From NCBI GenBank assembly GCA_025929595.1, contig JAICQA010000001.1:1-38228 (forward strand): a stretch of DNA of 38,228 nt, written 5' to 3'. Below, piece after piece: positions 15,184-23,437 of the stretch (positions are counted from its first letter, which is position 1; every line of letters starts with the position of its first letter). The translations under genes were made by a program, and so were the position numbers. Source of the DNA: Xanthobacteraceae bacterium (GTDB lineage Bacteria; Pseudomonadota; Alphaproteobacteria; Rhizobiales; Xanthobacteraceae). Under the pieces are notes generated by a model. It was not told the DNA's origin and searched no databases. It was given only the letters and a program-made list of their open reading frames with translations.

Positions 15184-15462
15184 ATGACGCAGACTGACTC
15201 GACGGGGAAGAAGGAAAGTCGGCAAGAGATGATCGATCGGCTCAGCTTGATCGCGCTCGGTGATCGAGAGTGCGACATGTCTGACAATGACTTGGCCGCG
15301 CTGGAATGGCTGCTGCTGTCCCACGCCGAGGTCGTGACGGCCTTGAAGGCTGTCGTTGAAGCGCTTCGCATCCACGCGCCGGGCACCCCGCTGAACAATC
15401 ACCAGTTCGACGCGCTGGGCATTCAAGCGAACAACGCCATTCAGAAAGCGGAGGGCCGCTAG
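15184..15462 (+). CDS. Hypothetical phage protein, paralogue-like to 4897-5202
   Basis: Shared VVTALKAVVEAL...NNAIQKAEGR signature. Start uncertain. Confidence 0.55.
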   Translation: MTQTDSTGKKESRQEMIDRLSLIALGDRECDMSDNDLAALEWLLLSHAEVVTALKAVVEALRIHAPGTPLNNHQFDALGIQANNAIQKAEGR

Positions 15463-15463
15463 G

Positions 15464-15670
15464 ATGATCCCCGAGAATACCCAACACATTTGTCGTTGCG
15501 GCCACGAGCGCGATCAGCACCAGTCTCGTACTGAGCAGCGGTGTGGGGAGAAGATCCAGGTTGAAAAGTGCGAAGACTGCCCGTGTGAGCACTACATCGA
15601 TCGTGCCGGGCCAATGTCTAGGCTTATCGACCAATTTCGCATGGTCGAGATGCGAAAAGGCACGCGATGA
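15464..15670 (+). CDS. Cys/His-rich small protein
   Basis: HICRCGHERDQH...CGEKIQVEKCEDCPCEHY. Confidence 0.5.
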   Translation: MIPENTQHICRCGHERDQHQSRTEQRCGEKIQVEKCEDCPCEHYIDRAGPMSRLIDQFRMVEMRKGTR

Positions 15671-16296
15671 CTCCTCCGTCGTCAGGGACAGGCACACGAG
15701 AAGGAGACGGCGTGCTGAACGCCTGTGATTATCGCACCGTGGTTGTGGACCCGCCGTGGACACCATCGCTTGATGCCACATGGAATCCAGTCAATCGAAA
15801 GGCTGCTCCACAAAAGCACTATAAGACCCTTTCGTTCGATGCCATCGTGACGTTGAGGCCGCGTCTCGCTCCGCAAGCGCACCTTTACGTATGGGCGCTG
15901 ACGCAACACGTCGATTGGGCGTGGTGCTTGTGTCGATTATGGGACTCAGAGCCGGTCACGATGTTCACATGGAAAAAGCCAGGTCTTGGGGCGGGTCGGT
16001 TCCGTTGTAACACAGAGCACATCGTGGTCGCCCGCAAGGGTAATCGCATTGGCAACGCGTTCGGTTCTGGCGGTCGTAGCGTGCAGGCCACAGCCGGGAC
16101 GTTATTTGAATGGCCTCGAGGGAGGCATAGCGAGAAGCCGGATGAGTTTTTCTCCTTAGTGCACCAGTTATCGCCGTCGCAGCCGCGGCTTGAAATGTAT
16201 GCCCGCTCACCGCGAGAAGGCTGGGTGACATGGGGAGATCAATCGTCGATCGTCACTGACGCAGGAGGGATGACATGGGGCAAGAACCGAGTTTAA
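15667..16296 (+). CDS. MT-A70 family N6-adenine DNA methyltransferase
   Basis: VVVDPPWTP (DPPW), HYKTLSFDAI, HLYVWA, NTEHIVVARKG and HSEKPDEFFSLV. Confidence 0.9.
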   Translation: MTPPSSGTGTREGDGVLNACDYRTVVVDPPWTPSLDATWNPVNRKAAPQKHYKTLSFDAIVTLRPRLAPQAHLYVWALTQHVDWAWCLCRLWDSEPVTMFTWKKPGLGAGRFRCNTEHIVVARKGNRIGNAFGSGGRSVQATAGTLFEWPRGRHSEKPDEFFSLVHQLSPSQPRLEMYARSPREGWVTWGDQSSIVTDAGGMTWGKNRV

Positions 16297-16640
16297 ATGA
16301 AGCGGTACCGTTCACTGTAGAGAATGTGCATCCGACCACAGATGAGGCGCTGCTTAACCCTGTGTCCCAAGTGTATTTCCGAGCCGGCCTCTTGGCCTGT
16401 CGGGAATATATGGCACGGTTTGTTGAAGCCGAATCTCCATCGATCGCGAACAGCATTCGCGCGAATTGGTGGCCGTCGCTCGGAGAAGATTTTGGTCCGC
16501 CGCGTCAGCTTGAGTGGGGAGAGGTCACCAGCGGCGAGTACGGAACACCAGACTTCAAGATCAAGACGGCCGCCGAAATCTCGCCAACGCAAGAGGCACT
16601 CCCGGTAGCGCTTGGTTTCTTGAAACAAGTCACTCCTTGA
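16275..16640 (+). CDS. Hypothetical protein
   Basis: ORF overlaps the MT-A70 end by 22 nt. No recognised motif. Confidence 0.5.
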   Translation: MGQEPSLNEAVPFTVENVHPTTDEALLNPVSQVYFRAGLLACREYMARFVEAESPSIANSIRANWWPSLGEDFGPPRQLEWGEVTSGEYGTPDFKIKTAAEISPTQEALPVALGFLKQVTP

Positions 16641-16682
16641 CATCAATGGTTGGTCTCCAGTGAAGGACGAGAAGAAGGAACG

Positions 16683-16895
16683 ATGATGACCAACGACGAG
16701 AAGAAGCTACGAGTATTCGGCCCGTCCAACGAACCAGAGGATGCGGACTGCCTGATCGCCACGGACACGAGTGATCTGAGTGCTGTCATCGAAACATTAC
16801 AGCACTACATCCCGCAGATGATCGACGGCGAGCAGATCGTCTTCCGAGTAAAGGCAATGACCGACGCGGAAGTTGAGGCGATGCCCGATGTCTAA
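16683..16895 (+). CDS. Hypothetical acidic small protein
   Basis: GAAGGA-n4-ATG ribosome site. ORF-track frame 16650-16895. Confidence 0.5.
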   Translation: MMTNDEKKLRVFGPSNEPEDADCLIATDTSDLSAVIETLQHYIPQMIDGEQIVFRVKAMTDAEVEAMPDV

Positions 16896-17250
16896 CGATC
16901 CCTCGCTCTCAGCGATGACGATCGAACAGGCGAGAGCAGCACTACATAGGGCTATTGAAGAGAATACGGGTTGGGTGCGCGGCGACTCGTCGTATCCAAC
17001 GCTCTTGCCAACCAAGGCCATTGACGATCTCATCACCGCTGTCCGCTCGTCATCGGCGTCCTCAGCAGCCGAGATGACGCTGGCGAAGAAGCTCGAGCAG
17101 GTTGAAGCCGAGTTGCTCATGGCGAAGCAGTTTTTGCACGAACCAGGCACCGATCCGGAAGCGTGGATTGATGGCGCGATGACGAACCTCTCGGAAGCCC
17201 TCGCGGCTCTCCGCTCCTCCCCTGCACCAGGACAGACAGGAGAACAGTAA
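16888..17250 (+). CDS. Hypothetical protein
   Basis: 8-nt overlap with the previous gene. Helical, Ala/Ser-rich. Confidence 0.5.
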   Translation: MSNDPSLSAMTIEQARAALHRAIEENTGWVRGDSSYPTLLPTKAIDDLITAVRSSSASSAAEMTLAKKLEQVEAELLMAKQFLHEPGTDPEAWIDGAMTNLSEALAALRSSPAPGQTGEQ

Positions 17251-17379
17251 ATGGAACCCATAGGCGCTCAGGAACTGTTCTTCATGGCCGCGGCCTTCGC
17301 AATGGTGGCGCTCGTGCTGGCGGGCCTGGTCGCGACCGCGCTCGTCCACTGGTGGAAACGCAGGCGTACCCAGCGGTGA
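17251..17379 (+). CDS. Small membrane protein (42 aa, one TM)
   Basis: ATG abuts the preceding TAA. FFMAAAFAMVALVLAGLVATALVHWWKRRR. Confidence 0.45.
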   Translation: MEPIGAQELFFMAAAFAMVALVLAGLVATALVHWWKRRRTQR

Positions 17380-17467
17380 GCCCAGGGCATTTTCTGGCCT
17401 GAATTTGCAAATCGTGACGACGACAGATCAATGAAATCGGCTCAGTAAAATATAGGAATTTATTGAG
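17380..17467 (+). promoter_or_regulatory. AT-rich gap before the packaging genes (candidate late promoter and/or cos/pac vicinity)
   Basis: Locally AT-rich tract (...aatttgcaaatcgtgacgacgacagatcaatgaaatcggctcagtaaaatataggaatttattgag) containing TAAAAT at 17446-17451. It is the only clear gap between the early and late blocks. Confidence 0.3.
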
Positions 17468-17797
17468 ATGGCCAAGCACATCCCCCCTAACGCCGGCAAG
17501 GGTCGCGGTAAGGGCAACGTCAACAAGACGACACAGGCGGCCCGGGAACTCTCGAGCGACCTTCTTGCCCGCCCCGCCTATCGCAGGAGCCTGCAGAAGC
17601 GACTCGACGCCGGGAAGGCGCCGCACATGGAAGTCTTGCTGCACCACTACGCGTACGGGAAGCCGAAGGAAACCGTTAAGGTCGAAGAACAGCCAGCCGA
17701 GCTCAAGGTGATGATCCTGCGGTCGCGCGCGGACATTCAGGCGATCAACGGGCCCGTCGATCATGACGCCGACGTCGACAGCGATGATGACGAGTAA
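17468..17797 (+). CDS. terS: Terminase small subunit (putative)
   Basis: Immediately precedes and overlaps terL. N-terminal GKGRGKGNVNKTT and LLHHYAYGKPKE resemble the GRPKG..N..T / LLPY..PK pattern of some TerS families. Confidence 0.55.
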   Translation: MAKHIPPNAGKGRGKGNVNKTTQAARELSSDLLARPAYRRSLQKRLDAGKAPHMEVLLHHYAYGKPKETVKVEEQPAELKVMILRSRADIQAINGPVDHDADVDSDDDE

Positions 17798-19070
17798 GGT
17801 TCTCGGCCTGCACGATAACCAGTGGCCGGTGTTCGATGATCCGGCGCGGTTCCCGGTTGTAGCGGCGGGTCGTCGGTTCGGTAAGACGGAATTGTCGCTG
17901 GTGAAGTTGTTCACCGGTGGGAAGGATGGGCGCGGGTGCCTGACGAGGCCCGGCCTGTATCGCTACGTGGCCCCTACGCAGAAACTCGCGCGCAAGGTGT
18001 TGTGGCGCCGAAAGTTGAAGCGGGCGCTGCACCCCTCGTGGTTGTCGAAGCCGCCGAACGAAACGAACCTCGAGGTCACTTTCAAGAATGGCTCCATCCT
18101 GGAAGTCCTGGGCGCTGAGGAAGAAGGCGGACTGCGCGGCGAGGGCGTGACCGGTGTGGTGCTCGATGAGTATGCGCAGATGCGGCTGACGTCGTTCCCG
18201 GAAGAGGTGCGCCCGTCCTTGGCGGACGAGAAGGGCTGGGCCATGTTCATCGGCACGCCGCAGAGCTTCAATCACTTCTACGACATGTTCAACCGCGGGC
18301 AGGATGCCCGGCACCCGACGTGGAAGTCCTGGCAATTCAGGAGCATCGACAACCCGCTGATCGACCCGGAAGAAATCGAAGAGGCGCGGCGTACCACGGA
18401 TCCGCGGACCTTCCGGCAGGAATGGGAGGCGAGCTTCGAGGCCATCGCCGGCCGCATCTATTACGCGTTCACGCGCGCCGAACATGTGCGGAAAGTGGCG
18501 CTCGAGAAGGCGCTGCCGGTGTGCCTGACGTTCGACTTCAACTACAACCCCGCCACGGCGGTGATCGGACAGCGCCTGAAGGATGAATGCCGGATTGTGC
18601 ATGAAGTCTTCCTGCCCTTTCGTGGCGGCGAAGCGACGATCGCCAGCGCGAACGCCTGCAAGGACTGGTTGGCCGAGCAGGGGTTCAAGAGCCAGATCCG
18701 CATCTACGGCGACTCCACCGGCAAGTCGATGAAGACGACCGGGCCGAGCGACCATCAGGTCTTGCGCGACATGTTCCCGTATGCGTCCTGGTGCATTCCG
18801 AACGCGCAGCCGAACCCGCGCGATCGCCATGCCGCGGTGAACGGGCGCTGCCGGACGGCCGATGGACGATCGCACCTAACCATCGATCCTTCGTGCGAGA
18901 AGCTGATTGCCGACCTCGAGCGCGTCATCTACGCACCGAACGGCGAAGAAGACCAAAAGACCGATCCGAATCTGACGCACATCAGCGCCGCGTTCGGGTA
19001 TTGGGCTGTTCAGGATTGGCCGCCAGTCAAAAAGGGCGGCGCGGCAGAAGGGAGTGCCCATTGGCTGTAG
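17763..19070 (+). CDS. terL: Terminase large subunit (start may be 17784/17787)
   Basis: Walker A-like VVAAGRRFGKTE, Walker B VVLDEYAQ and a C-terminal nuclease-like half (LTFDFNYNP, IYGDSTGKS). Position before the portal gene. Confidence 0.85.
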   Translation: MTPTSTAMMTSKVLGLHDNQWPVFDDPARFPVVAAGRRFGKTELSLVKLFTGGKDGRGCLTRPGLYRYVAPTQKLARKVLWRRKLKRALHPSWLSKPPNETNLEVTFKNGSILEVLGAEEEGGLRGEGVTGVVLDEYAQMRLTSFPEEVRPSLADEKGWAMFIGTPQSFNHFYDMFNRGQDARHPTWKSWQFRSIDNPLIDPEEIEEARRTTDPRTFRQEWEASFEAIAGRIYYAFTRAEHVRKVALEKALPVCLTFDFNYNPATAVIGQRLKDECRIVHEVFLPFRGGEATIASANACKDWLAEQGFKSQIRIYGDSTGKSMKTTGPSDHQVLRDMFPYASWCIPNAQPNPRDRHAAVNGRCRTADGRSHLTIDPSCEKLIADLERVIYAPNGEEDQKTDPNLTHISAAFGYWAVQDWPPVKKGGAAEGSAHWL

Positions 19071-19230
19071 GCATGGAGTTTCGAGCGTTCAGTAGTTGGC
19101 GGGTCGGCGTTGGGCGCGTGCATCTCGCGGTGCTTCCTCAGTGGCGTTGGCGCGGCATGTGGTCGAGAACATGCTTCTACCGTCCATGGATTCAATGGGG
19201 CTGCTTTGAGTTTGCGATCGAGAGGCCGCA

Positions 19231-19440
19231 ATGAACGCCTTCCCCCCTCGCTTCAAGACCTCCGAGATCGCCGACATCCTGGGCGTGTCGACGGACTTTA
19301 TCCTCGATGAGATCAAGGATGGACGCTTGCCGGCGGTGATGAACCAGCGCGGGCAGCGCACGATCTACCGGATCGAGCTGCCGGACTTCAAAGCCTACTG
19401 TGAGAAGTACTGGCCGAACGTGAAGGTGAGGGCGGCGTGA
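19231..19440 (+). CDS. HTH_17/excisionase-family DNA-binding protein
   Basis: FKTSEIADILGVSTDFILDEIKDGRLPAV...RTIYRIELPDFKAY is a typical MerR-like Xis/AlpA fold signature. Confidence 0.65.
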   Translation: MNAFPPRFKTSEIADILGVSTDFILDEIKDGRLPAVMNQRGQRTIYRIELPDFKAYCEKYWPNVKVRAA

Positions 19441-19682
19441 ACCTCAAGCGCGGCGACAAGGTCATCGCAATGGGCTACAGATCGAAGCTTACCCGTGACG
19501 TTTCGCTGAAAGAGCTACGGGCGTTCTACGGAGGTTTCTACGGCTACGAACCATTCACCGGCTACCCGGTGTTCGATGACCCGAAACGTGTCGCTGTGGG
19601 CCAAGCGCCTTGGGTTTACGACAGCCTGCCGACGCAAGATGAAGCGCACGCGTTGATGCGCGACGTTCCACGTGGAGCATAG
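19437..19682 (+). CDS. Hypothetical protein
   Basis: GTGA-coupled to the HTH gene. Confidence 0.5.
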   Translation: MNLKRGDKVIAMGYRSKLTRDVSLKELRAFYGGFYGYEPFTGYPVFDDPKRVAVGQAPWVYDSLPTQDEAHALMRDVPRGA

Positions 19683-19792
19683 ACGCTGACACCGCTCTTA
19701 CCGCTGGTGACGCTCAGCCAGAACCGTGCTTTGTCCTGACCTCATCTGACCGCACTCTAGGCACGTCGAGTTTGTAACTCGGCGCTCCTTTC

Positions 19793-21349
19793 ATGCCTGC
19801 GGCTTCGGCTCCGCTCGGAACGACCGGGCCTGTGTTGGGTGTAGCGCATCCGCTTTACACCACATACCGGCCCGTGTGGCAGCAACTGCTCGACGTCTTC
19901 GAAGGCGCCGGCGGGTTTCTGTCGCCATCGAAGCCCTATCTCGTTGCGCACCCGCGCGAATACCTCGATCACTCGATCACGGAAACAGCTGAGGACGGCA
20001 CGACGCCTGTCAAGGTTGTGCCGAACCCGAGCCCCACTGCCCCGTCGCCGAAGTTACTCGAGCGTCGCAAGTTGGCCCGCTACGAGAACTATGCCGAGAC
20101 GCTGATCGAGCAGCTGGCGAACGCCCTTTTTCGTGTCGAACCCACGCGCACGTTCAACGAGAAGGCCGCGGCGCCGACGACCGGTAAGCGTCCGATCGAG
20201 GAGTTCTGGGACGACTGCGATGGGGTTGGCACGAAGTGGATCGACTTCCTGCGGCAAGCCTGGATCGTCGCTGGGGTTTTCGGCCACATGGTGATCTACT
20301 TCGATCACCCGCCCGATGACCGCCTGGTCCCGATAGCGCGCGCCTACACCCCGCTCGATGTGCCCGACTGGCTGGTGAACGAATACGGCCAGATGACGCA
20401 GATCAAACTGCTGGAGGCGGCGCCCCGGGAATCCTTCGGCACCCCTGCCGCGCAGACGGCTGCGCAAGTGCGGGTCCGGGTCGTGACCGAGGTTGGCTGG
20501 TCTGTGCAGTTGTCGAACGGCGCTGCCCTTGAGGCGGACAATCACGGCTTCGAACAGTTGCCGGTCGCGTTCCTCTACTCGAAACGCCGGGCGATCATCC
20601 CCTTTATCGGCAAGTCCTTGCTGGGCGACCCGATGAAGTTCATCGACCTCTACAACATGTCCTCGGAGGAGCGGGAATTGCTGCGCAAGCAGACGTTCTC
20701 GATCCTCAACGTGCCGGTCGGGGAAAACGGCAACATCGATCGCGAGCAGGCGTTGATCGGGCGCCAATCGGGCACCGGCAACATCCTATTTACGTCCGAA
20801 GCGGCCAACTACATCAGCGCCGATGGCGAGAACGTCATCGTCTACCACGCCGCCCAAGACCGGCTCATTCGTTCGATCTTCCGTTCGGCCTTGCTGCCCT
20901 GGGATACCGACTCGAAGGATGCCGAAGCCGAAGGATCCAGGCGAATCAAGCGCGAAGACCTGAATACGCAGCTGTCTAAGTTCGCGGACGAGTTGCAGAT
21001 GGTCGACAACCTCGCGGCCGATCTGGTCTATCAGGCGGCCTACGGCGCCGCGTGGCGGAAGTGGCGCGACTCGGACGGGCTCGGCCTGGGCTGGCCCGAG
21101 AGCTTCGACGTCACACCGCTCGAAGACCTCCTCAAGCAGTACACCGACGGCGTGTCCATGGAGCTCGGCGAGACGGCCACGAAGGAAACGAAGAAGCGCG
21201 CCGCGCGCGTGCTCCTGCCCGACATGCCGCAGGACAAGCAGCAGACCATCGACGACGAGATCGACGCGATGGAAGTCATCACCGAGGAAGACCGGCGCCA
21301 GGACGAGATGAAGGCGATGACCGGACGATTGGCGGCCCTCAATGGCTGA
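19793..21349 (+). CDS. Portal protein
   Basis: 518 aa, the first large gene after terL, followed by a Mu-F-like head protein. Acidic C-terminus. Confidence 0.7.
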   Translation: MPAASAPLGTTGPVLGVAHPLYTTYRPVWQQLLDVFEGAGGFLSPSKPYLVAHPREYLDHSITETAEDGTTPVKVVPNPSPTAPSPKLLERRKLARYENYAETLIEQLANALFRVEPTRTFNEKAAAPTTGKRPIEEFWDDCDGVGTKWIDFLRQAWIVAGVFGHMVIYFDHPPDDRLVPIARAYTPLDVPDWLVNEYGQMTQIKLLEAAPRESFGTPAAQTAAQVRVRVVTEVGWSVQLSNGAALEADNHGFEQLPVAFLYSKRRAIIPFIGKSLLGDPMKFIDLYNMSSEERELLRKQTFSILNVPVGENGNIDREQALIGRQSGTGNILFTSEAANYISADGENVIVYHAAQDRLIRSIFRSALLPWDTDSKDAEAEGSRRIKREDLNTQLSKFADELQMVDNLAADLVYQAAYGAAWRKWRDSDGLGLGWPESFDVTPLEDLLKQYTDGVSMELGETATKETKKRAARVLLPDMPQDKQQTIDDEIDAMEVITEEDRRQDEMKAMTGRLAALNG

Positions 21350-22160
21350 TCTCCTGGGTCGCGGCCGGCGCATCGCGGAGACAGCCGATCGGTTGTCGCA
21401 CGCCTTTCAGCGGGAACTCGCCCGCGTGCTGCAGGACACCGAGCGCGCGTTGCAGCCGATTCTGCGTCGCGCCCTGGATGGCGATCGCACCGAGCAGGTC
21501 CGCGGCGCGCGTGGGCTGGCGCTCCGTCGCGAGTTGCGCGACGCCCTCGCGCGTGCTGGCTATGACCGCTTGGCGGATACCGCGACGTCACAGGCCGTGG
21601 CGCAGATGGCCGAGACGGTCCTCGCCACGCGCATCGGGCAAGGTGCCGTGCGGTTGGTGCAGCCGGACGCGCGGAAGTTGTTCGCGCTCATCGAGATTGG
21701 CCGGACGAATCTGCTGCAGGTCGGGGACGACACCGCCGCGGCGATCTGGCGCTCGACAACTTCCTGGGTGTTCTCGGCACGGTCGACGAATGACATTTTG
21801 GACGATCTCTTCGAGGCGATCGATGAGGACGTGGGCGCGTTGCACACGCTCTTCGATACGCAAGTGTCGATGTTCGGGCGACAGGTGGAAGCCCTCGCGA
21901 CCGCAGACTTGCCAGCCGATCAGCCGTTCCTCTACGTCGGCCCGAACGACAAGCGCAACCGGCCCTTCTGCCGTGAGCACGTCGGCCAGGTCTTGACGCG
22001 CGACCGGATCGAGGCGCTGGACAACGGGCAGTTGCCGAATCCGTTCGTCACCGGCGGCGGGTACAACTGCCGGCATTCATGGTTGGCGGTCGAGTCGCAG
22101 GAGCTGCGCGACATCGTCAACACGGGCGCGCGTGCGCCGGAATTTGCGGGGGTTGCGTAA
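21342..22160 (+). CDS. Head morphogenesis protein (Mu F / SPP1 gp7 family)
   Basis: FLYVGPNDKRNRPFCREHVGQV...GGGYNCRHSW is the family C-terminal signature. Confidence 0.75.
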   Translation: MADLLGRGRRIAETADRLSHAFQRELARVLQDTERALQPILRRALDGDRTEQVRGARGLALRRELRDALARAGYDRLADTATSQAVAQMAETVLATRIGQGAVRLVQPDARKLFALIEIGRTNLLQVGDDTAAAIWRSTTSWVFSARSTNDILDDLFEAIDEDVGALHTLFDTQVSMFGRQVEALATADLPADQPFLYVGPNDKRNRPFCREHVGQVLTRDRIEALDNGQLPNPFVTGGGYNCRHSWLAVESQELRDIVNTGARAPEFAGVA

Positions 22161-22450
22161 TGGGCGTCACCGTCCGCAAGAACTTCTCGCTGAAGGCCGT
22201 GAAGCTCACCACACGCGCCGACATGGAAGCGATCGGTCGTCTCGCGCGCGAGCGGATCATCCGCCGCACGGTGATGGGCGTGGCTCCCGGTGGGGGTTCG
22301 TTCGCGCCGTACTCGGAGAGCTATCGAAAACAGAAGGCCGGCGAGTTGGGCTCGGCCTCCCCCGTGAACCTGCAGGTCAGTGGCGAAATGCTGCGCTCGA
22401 TCCAGGTGATCGCGGAAGACAAGAAGGTCACGTTGACCTTCAACGCCTAA
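22160..22450 (+). CDS. Virion morphogenesis-like protein, N-terminal-type half
   Basis: GGGSFAPYSESYRKQKAG...VNLQVSGEMLRSI resembles the front half of P2 gpS-type morphogenesis proteins. TAATG-coupled. Confidence 0.45.
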   Translation: MGVTVRKNFSLKAVKLTTRADMEAIGRLARERIIRRTVMGVAPGGGSFAPYSESYRKQKAGELGSASPVNLQVSGEMLRSIQVIAEDKKVTLTFNA

Positions 22451-22659
22451 TGGCGAAGAAGGGTCGGGCCAAGGGGCGCACGTTGATCGCGCGGTCCCGG
22501 GATGTCCGACCGGCAGAGAAGGCGCTGTTTCACAACGTGAGCGGCGCCGGGAAGGCACGAACCAAGCGCGAGTTCTTCGATCTGGATGCCAGCGACGTGC
22601 AGGCGATGACCGAGGAATTAGGGCGGCGGGTGACACGCAACCTGCAGACGCAGGGGTAA
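22450..22659 (+). CDS. Virion morphogenesis-like protein, C-terminal-type half
   Basis: FHNVSGAGKARTKREFFDLDASDVQAM resembles the ...G...P.R.FLG.s..d tail of the same family. TAATG start. Confidence 0.4.
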   Translation: MAKKGRAKGRTLIARSRDVRPAEKALFHNVSGAGKARTKREFFDLDASDVQAMTEELGRRVTRNLQTQG

Positions 22660-22673
22660 GGGAGCACGAACAC

Positions 22674-23411
22674 ATGGATCCGATCACGGTAGAAGTCGAC
22701 GAGAAGGGCAACATCGGGAAACTGCCCGAGCCGCTGCAGAAGTTTTTCGACACGCGCATCAATGATGCCGTGCGTCGCAAGGCCGAACAGCTCGAAGCGG
22801 AATTCAAGGGCAAGACCGTCGACCCCTCCGAGCGCGAGCGCATCAAGGCCGTCGAGGACGAGAACAGCCGTCTGAAGGAAGCCGAAGCGCGCGCGCAGAA
22901 GAACTACGAAGAAGCCGATCGCCTGAAGGAAGAACGCCACAAGAAATCGCTCGAAGAGCGTGACGGCGTGGTGACGGCCAAGGATCAAGAAATTGCGCGC
23001 CGGGATACCCGGCTGCGTTCGATGCTCGGGTCCGAGATCAAAGCGTCTGCCGTCGCCGCCGGCGCGCGCGAAGAATCTCTACCCGAACTCGTGAAGCTCC
23101 TCGGAGCGGATTTGGACCTCGACGCTGCGACGCTTGAGCCTTTCGTGAAGGGGACGGACGGAAAGCCCCTCGTCGACAAGGACAACAAGCCCGTATCGGT
23201 TGAGGGGTTCGTGAAGCAATACCTCGCTGATCACCCGCACCACATCGCCAAGCCGGGCGGACGCTCGGGCCGCGCGACAGGTGGGGCGACGATGCGAGGG
23301 GCATCCGCGGTGCCAGGCTCGAAAGAGGAAGCCTTGGCCGCGGCGGCAGACAACCCCAACGCGAGGAACGTCACGACCGCGATCGGTGCGATCCGGAAGA
23401 AGGCGTCCTAA
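22674..23411 (+). CDS. Scaffolding protein
   Basis: Highly charged coiled-coil sequence (ERERIKAVEDENSRLKEAEARAQKNYEEADRLKEERHKK) directly upstream of the capsid gene. Confidence 0.7.
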   Translation: MDPITVEVDEKGNIGKLPEPLQKFFDTRINDAVRRKAEQLEAEFKGKTVDPSERERIKAVEDENSRLKEAEARAQKNYEEADRLKEERHKKSLEERDGVVTAKDQEIARRDTRLRSMLGSEIKASAVAAGAREESLPELVKLLGADLDLDAATLEPFVKGTDGKPLVDKDNKPVSVEGFVKQYLADHPHHIAKPGGRSGRATGGATMRGASAVPGSKEEALAAAADNPNARNVTTAIGAIRKKAS

Positions 23412-23437
23412 CCGCGACGGACTGAGGAGCTACAGAC

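Noticed and set aside
15081-15197. 38-aa ORF ATGA-coupled to the MTase stop
   Set aside because: Third-position G/C is only about 50 percent, far below neighbouring genes, and it overlaps the next start. Probably non-coding spacer.
17745-18875. 376-aa minus-strand ORF
   Set aside because: Antisense to terL, which has clear Walker motifs. Arg-rich shadow ORF.
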